Shown here: piece by piece, positions 7,603 to 11,572 of the stretch | Position numbering within the stretch: position 1 is the stretch's first letter | Layout: each line of letters starts with the position of its first letter | Source of the DNA: Promethearchaeota archaeon | Lineage (GTDB): Archaea > Asgardarchaeota > Lokiarchaeia > Sigyniarchaeales > SOKP01 | DNA: 11,572 bases | Assembly: GCA_019058015.1 (NCBI GenBank) | Contig: JAHLWH010000139.1 | Span: 1 to 11,572, forward strand | Direction of reading: 5' to 3' | Notes under the pieces: generated by a model | The model's database searches: none | Seen by the model: only the letters and a program-made list of their open reading frames with translations | What the model was told of the DNA's origin: nothing | Program-made: the position numbers and the translations under genes

Positions 7603-8784
7603 TTATTCATTATTTTTTTCTGTTTCTTTAGTTTTTATCTCATAAAATTTTTTTTCGACTGTTTTTTCGATTTGTTTGCCCTTTCCTTCTATATCTGCAT
7701 CAATAGATTTACGTAGTTCATCTCTCTCCTTTTGTCTATCTCTATAAAATGCCTTCTCAGCAATGGTTTTTTCAATTACTCCCTTTTTACTTTCAATATC
7801 TGCTTTTATTTCAAATCTTTCCTTATCTTTTTCCTTTAATTTCTCCATTTTATATGCTTTATCGGCTATAGTCTTCTCTAATTCACTTTGTTTTCCTTCT
7901 ATATCAAGTTTTATATCTCTACGTTGTTGGTCTCGCTCCCTTTGTCGTTCAATCATAAACTTCTTTTCATCAACACTCTTTTCAATTTCTTTTTGCGACC
8001 CTTCGATATCTGGACTTATATCTTTACGTTGTTGTTCTTGCTCTCTTTGTCGTTCAATCATAAATGCTTTCTCCGCAATTGCTTTCTCAATTTGTTTTCC
8101 GGTGCTTTCGATTTTTGGCTTCATTGAAGCGATTTGTTTATCCCTTTCCTTCAGTTTTTCAATTTTGAAAACTTTCTCTTCCAAACTCTTCTCAATATTT
8201 TTACCTACACCTCCAATATCTGTTTGCATGGCTTTACGTTGTTCTTCTTGTTCCCTTTGTCGTTCAATCATGAATGCCTTTTCGGCTACTTTTCCCTCAA
8301 TCTCCTTTTTTGTCCTTTCTATATCAGGACTTATTGCTTTGCGTTGTTCATCTCGTTCTTTTTGTCGTTCAATCATAAACGCCTTTTCGGCTACCTTTTT
8401 TTCAATTTCTAATCCTGTCCCAATAATTCTCGGTTTTACTGATGTTCTTATGTTATCCTTTTCACGACGTATATCCATACGAAATGCTTTATCTGCGATA
8501 TTACTGGCAATTGCTTTCTCAATTACATTTAAATCCGGCTTAATACTGGCTCTCATTTCAGCTTCTGATTTCATTCTCTCAGAAATAAAAATTTTATCAG
8601 CAACAGTTTTAGCAATCTCTTTTTTACTCCGCTCAAATGATTCCTTTCTTTTTTCTTCAGTTTTGTCTAAATATTCCTTAATCTCGTTCTTTTCTTTTTG
8701 AATGAGTTTCTTTAACATCTCCTTTTCTTTTTCGATTTCTTCTGGTGTTTTTTTATGAATATTTTCATCTTCCAAATTTTTCAC
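7603..8784 (-). CDS. Charged helical protein made of about 9.5 tandem 35-aa repeats
   Basis: GTG start with AAGGA upstream. Repeat consensus KxIEKxIAEKAFxxERQ(R/K)ERDxQRKxIxPDIEGxx. No TM segment and no Cys. Confidence 0.9.
   Translation of the reverse strand: MKNLEDENIHKKTPEEIEKEKEMLKKLIQKEKNEIKEYLDKTEEKRKESFERSKKEIAKTVADKIFISERMKSEAEMRASIKPDLNVIEKAIASNIADKAFRMDIRREKDNIRTSVKPRIIGTGLEIEKKVAEKAFMIERQKERDEQRKAISPDIERTKKEIEGKVAEKAFMIERQREQEEQRKAMQTDIGGVGKNIEKSLEEKVFKIEKLKERDKQIASMKPKIESTGKQIEKAIAEKAFMIERQREQEQQRKDISPDIEGSQKEIEKSVDEKKFMIERQRERDQQRRDIKLDIEGKQSELEKTIADKAYKMEKLKEKDKERFEIKADIESKKGVIEKTIAEKAFYRDRQKERDELRKSIDADIEGKGKQIEKTVEKKFYEIKTKETEKNNE
7630..8620 (-). repeat. Degenerate 105-bp coding tandem repeat with a 315-bp higher-order unit
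   Basis: The 16-mer TTTGTCGTTCAATCAT (plus strand) recurs at 7941, 8046, 8256 and 8361, with spacings of 105, 210 and 105. Confidence 0.9.
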
Positions 8785-8884
8785 GTTCCTTATTCGAAAT
8801 TAATAATAAATGGATAATTAGGAATTAAATTATTTCTGTATTTAAAATGAAAATAATTCTTAATAAAATTAGGTAAATTTAATA

Positions 8885-9625
8885 TTATTTTATGGGAATC
8901 GGTGCAATATCATCAGCTACAGAATCCATCAAACTCAATAATGTAAATTTAAGCATAAGCATTTCATTTACCTCATTCATTAATCTTATATATTGGTCAG
9001 TTCCCTTTTTGATTTTATATTCCATAATTAAATTTTCAAATTCTCGAATTAATTGGAATCGTAACTCTTCTTGTTGATTTAAATTTAATCTTTGTCTAGA
9101 AATCCACTTATCAATTCTACTTTTTATTTCAATCTCTTTATTATCTCCTAAAACATAAGATACTTCTACCTGCTCTAAATTCTCAATCTTCTTAACATAA
9201 CTTAAATCGGCATATATAGGTTTTACCATCAATCCCAAATTAATAATTAATGGTTGCAATTGCAAACCTTCAAAACTCCCGGTTAAATAATCTAAAACAA
9301 AATCCTTTCGAGAAAATTGTTGATACTCAATAAATTCCTGAAGGAGCTTAAAAAGTGTTGTCTTTAATAATAGCTCATCATATTCATTAATGTTTTCTGT
9401 AGTGATTTCCAATGTTTGATGAATACAATTATAAACTGTTTTCATAAAAGGTTTAATGGTTTTAAACATGTCAAAGAGATCAATGAATTTTAAGATTTTG
9501 TCGAGGATTGTAATTTTATCCTGAGCTGAAAAAAAATATCGGTTAATAATATCTTCCAGATCAAAAAATTCATTCGGAATCGAAAGAAAACTCTGTATTT
9601 CCTCAAACTTTGAATAGATTCTCAA
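8885..9625 (-). CDS. Hypothetical helical protein
   Basis: 246-aa ORF with TTG start (uncertain) and typical composition. No motif recognised. Confidence 0.78.
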   Translation of the reverse strand: MRIYSKFEEIQSFLSIPNEFFDLEDIINRYFFSAQDKITILDKILKFIDLFDMFKTIKPFMKTVYNCIHQTLEITTENINEYDELLLKTTLFKLLQEFIEYQQFSRKDFVLDYLTGSFEGLQLQPLIINLGLMVKPIYADLSYVKKIENLEQVEVSYVLGDNKEIEIKSRIDKWISRQRLNLNQQEELRFQLIREFENLIMEYKIKKGTDQYIRLMNEVNEMLMLKFTLLSLMDSVADDIAPIPIK

Positions 9626-9728
9626 AAAATGATATCCTCAAACTTGAATATAATAACATCCGATCTTACTATATTTAATACTTTTCATATCTCAAAAAAA
9701 AAAGAAAAGAGAAAAAATTTACTTAATA

Positions 9729-11071
9729 TTAAAATATACTTGGAATCAGAGCCTTTGAACCATATAATATCCCCGCTATTGCATAATATAATAATTTCCA
9801 TATTGAAAAGCCTGGGGAAATACATCAAGAGCCTTTACATTCATCAATTTAAATAAAGCGTTAATGGTTTCAGCTAAATTATTGCAATTATGCGAAAAGA
9901 ACACATTTTTTTTACCGAATTCTTCCCTCAGTTTTTCTCCAACCTCGTCTATAGCACAAAACCCAGCTACAAGACCTTTGGTATATCCCTCGTTTTTTAG
10001 TTGTTCTACTAAGTCATCATCAAAACCTTTTCCCATCACTATGAAAAAACCTCCTTTTCCTTGATTAACAAGCCAAAAACATTGCATTGTCGCTAATGGA
10101 TTATTTTTGCAACCCTGTTGACAAAGTAATTCTTTACCTTTGATTATTTTTACATCTTCTGGAAATTCCTGGAGTAAATCTGTGGGATATTTTTCTTTAT
10201 ATTCATCTAAAGATTTTCCAATCACTTTAATTTTACTTAAATCACCCTCTCCAAGCCCTCGTTCATTTGCGATTTTCAAATGTGGAACATCATCCAAAGT
10301 TAAACCAAAAATTCTTGCACCGACCACATCAACTGAAACTGTATCTCTTCCACCAATTAAAATATTGAATTTTTTAACAAGTTTGTCCACTAATGCAGTC
10401 GGAGGATAGTGTCCATGAATTGTGCTCTCAATTCCATCTATTATTGTAATATCCGGCTGAATGTATTCATAAACATCCACAATTTTTGAATGGAGATTGA
10501 AATTATGGTCAATTCCTCTCATTTTATGTTCTGGGAAACCCCATTGGTTTTTCAAACCTAAGGTTACCCCTGCCATACTATGTGTCTTTAATTTAGGTAT
10601 ATTAATATACGTATATTCGTCTCTATTTTTCATTATTTTTATTATAGTTTTAGGCAAACTAAAGGTTTTTAACATATATCCTTCTTTAGGATCTTATTCT
10701 ATTGAAGGTTTTCCTTTAAAGGTGAAAATTTCTGTTTTTTCCTCATCTAAATATATTGGTTTCGCTCCAGTTTTTTTACATACTTTCTTATATCCCGTTA
10801 TTGCAAATACGATTCTGGTCATATTTCCTTGCGTGGAATTCTCCATGACATAAATCTTTTTTACACCAATCTTTTTTAGATACTCTATTACTTCCTCTAA
10901 AACTTCTGGACTTGTATGGCGGTGTTTTTTAAAATCAATGCCATTAACCTTAATATAAACCTCTTTCGAACTTTTCAGAATTGGTTTTCCTCCCTTTTCA
11001 AGAAAAGAAAACATTTCCTTAACTGTAGGCTTTATCCCATGGGTAGTATCAACAATAAAAACATCAGAAAT
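9729..11071 (-). pseudogene. DUF362-family (Fe-S associated) protein, disrupted by an in-frame TAA and a probable C-terminal frameshift
   Basis: ORFs 10694-11014 and 9776-10675 are in the same frame, joined as GAA-TAA-GAT-CCT-AAA-GAA-GGA-TAT-ATG. DUF362 motifs occur on both sides: VYIKVN...HTSPEVLEEVIEYL...VMENS and INIPKLKTHSMAGVTLGLKNQWG...PDITIIDGI...GRDTVSVDVVGARIFG. The frame extends upstream to ATT at 11071, behind GAAGTGAT. Confidence 0.8.
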
Positions 11072-11337
11072 TTTTAATCACTTCTTTCTAAAATTATTTA
11101 GATTTTATTAATTATAAGACGTAATATTAAAAAAAATAAATTTTATTGCTTAGCTCTTTAAATCTTTATAATATTGAATACATTATTGAAAGTTTTCCCA
11201 ACTACCAAAAATTGCTAAAGCCTGATCAGTTGCTTCCGGATTATTCATAATTTTCACATCTAAAAAGAATTTAATTTTTAAATTTTTTTTTAATACTTAT
11301 TTAATTTTTATATTTTTAATTATTTTGCCTTGAGAGA

Positions 11338-11572
11338 TTAGATGTTGAATATATTGCCTGTATTATATAAAGCTTCATCTATACTAATCTTTACCGACCC
11401 ACCAGAAGCAATTTCCAATGCATTGTTTATACCGACTAATACTTTTTTTATTAAAAATTCGAATGCATTAAAACATTCATTAAGTTGAGTTAAATTATTA
11501 TCCGAGAAACATTTCGACATTGCTGGAATTAATTCAGGTATAAAATCATTGTTAATCATGATTTCCTCCGCA
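11338..11572 (-). CDS. C-terminal part of a hypothetical protein, 5' end truncated by the window edge
   Basis: The frame stays open past ATG 11559 to the window end (…AEEIMINNDF…). Stop at 11338. Confidence 0.65.
   Translation of the reverse strand, partial: AEEIMINNDFIPELIPAMSKCFSDNNLTQLNECFNAFEFLIKKVLVGINNALEIASGGSVKISIDEALYNTGNIFNI

Noticed and set aside
7941-8376. Periodic 16-mer as a possible CRISPR array
   Set aside because: The period is an exact multiple of 105 nt, the intervening sequences are homologous and coding, and no cas genes are present.
7763-8701. 312-aa Ser/Phe/Ile-rich plus-strand ORF, with nested ORFs 7888-8127 and 8134-8412
   Set aside because: Antisense mirror of the Lys/Glu-rich repeat gene. 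Its codon composition explains the lack of stops.
10694-10696. Selenocysteine or pyrrolysine recoding of the DUF362 internal stop
   Set aside because: The codon is TAA, not TGA or TAG, and it lies in a variable charged loop.

Overview
Very AT-rich window that looks archaeal, most likely Asgard (Lokiarchaeia/Promethearchaeota). That assignment is inferred from a longin-like protein, a tetraether synthase-type radical SAM enzyme and Loki-style small proteins. Genes in order: a partial MFS transporter (minus strand, absent from the ORF track), a Tes/GDGT-MAS-type radical SAM enzyme, a small membrane protein, a tandem-domain nitroreductase, a 69-aa Pro-rich RING/PHD-like zinc finger, an ACT-like hypothetical, a longin-like protein, a protein of about 9.5 tandem 35-aa repeats, a helical hypothetical, a disrupted DUF362 gene and a partial hypothetical. 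Three unexplained signals stand out: (i) the 35-aa repeat protein, which has a 3-unit super-repeat and motifs reminiscent of nebulin and could be an actin-filament binder; (ii) a GC-richer structured non-coding element at about 3860-4055 with two competing folds; (iii) a 28-aa leader ORF with hairpins upstream of the MFS gene, resembling an attenuator.
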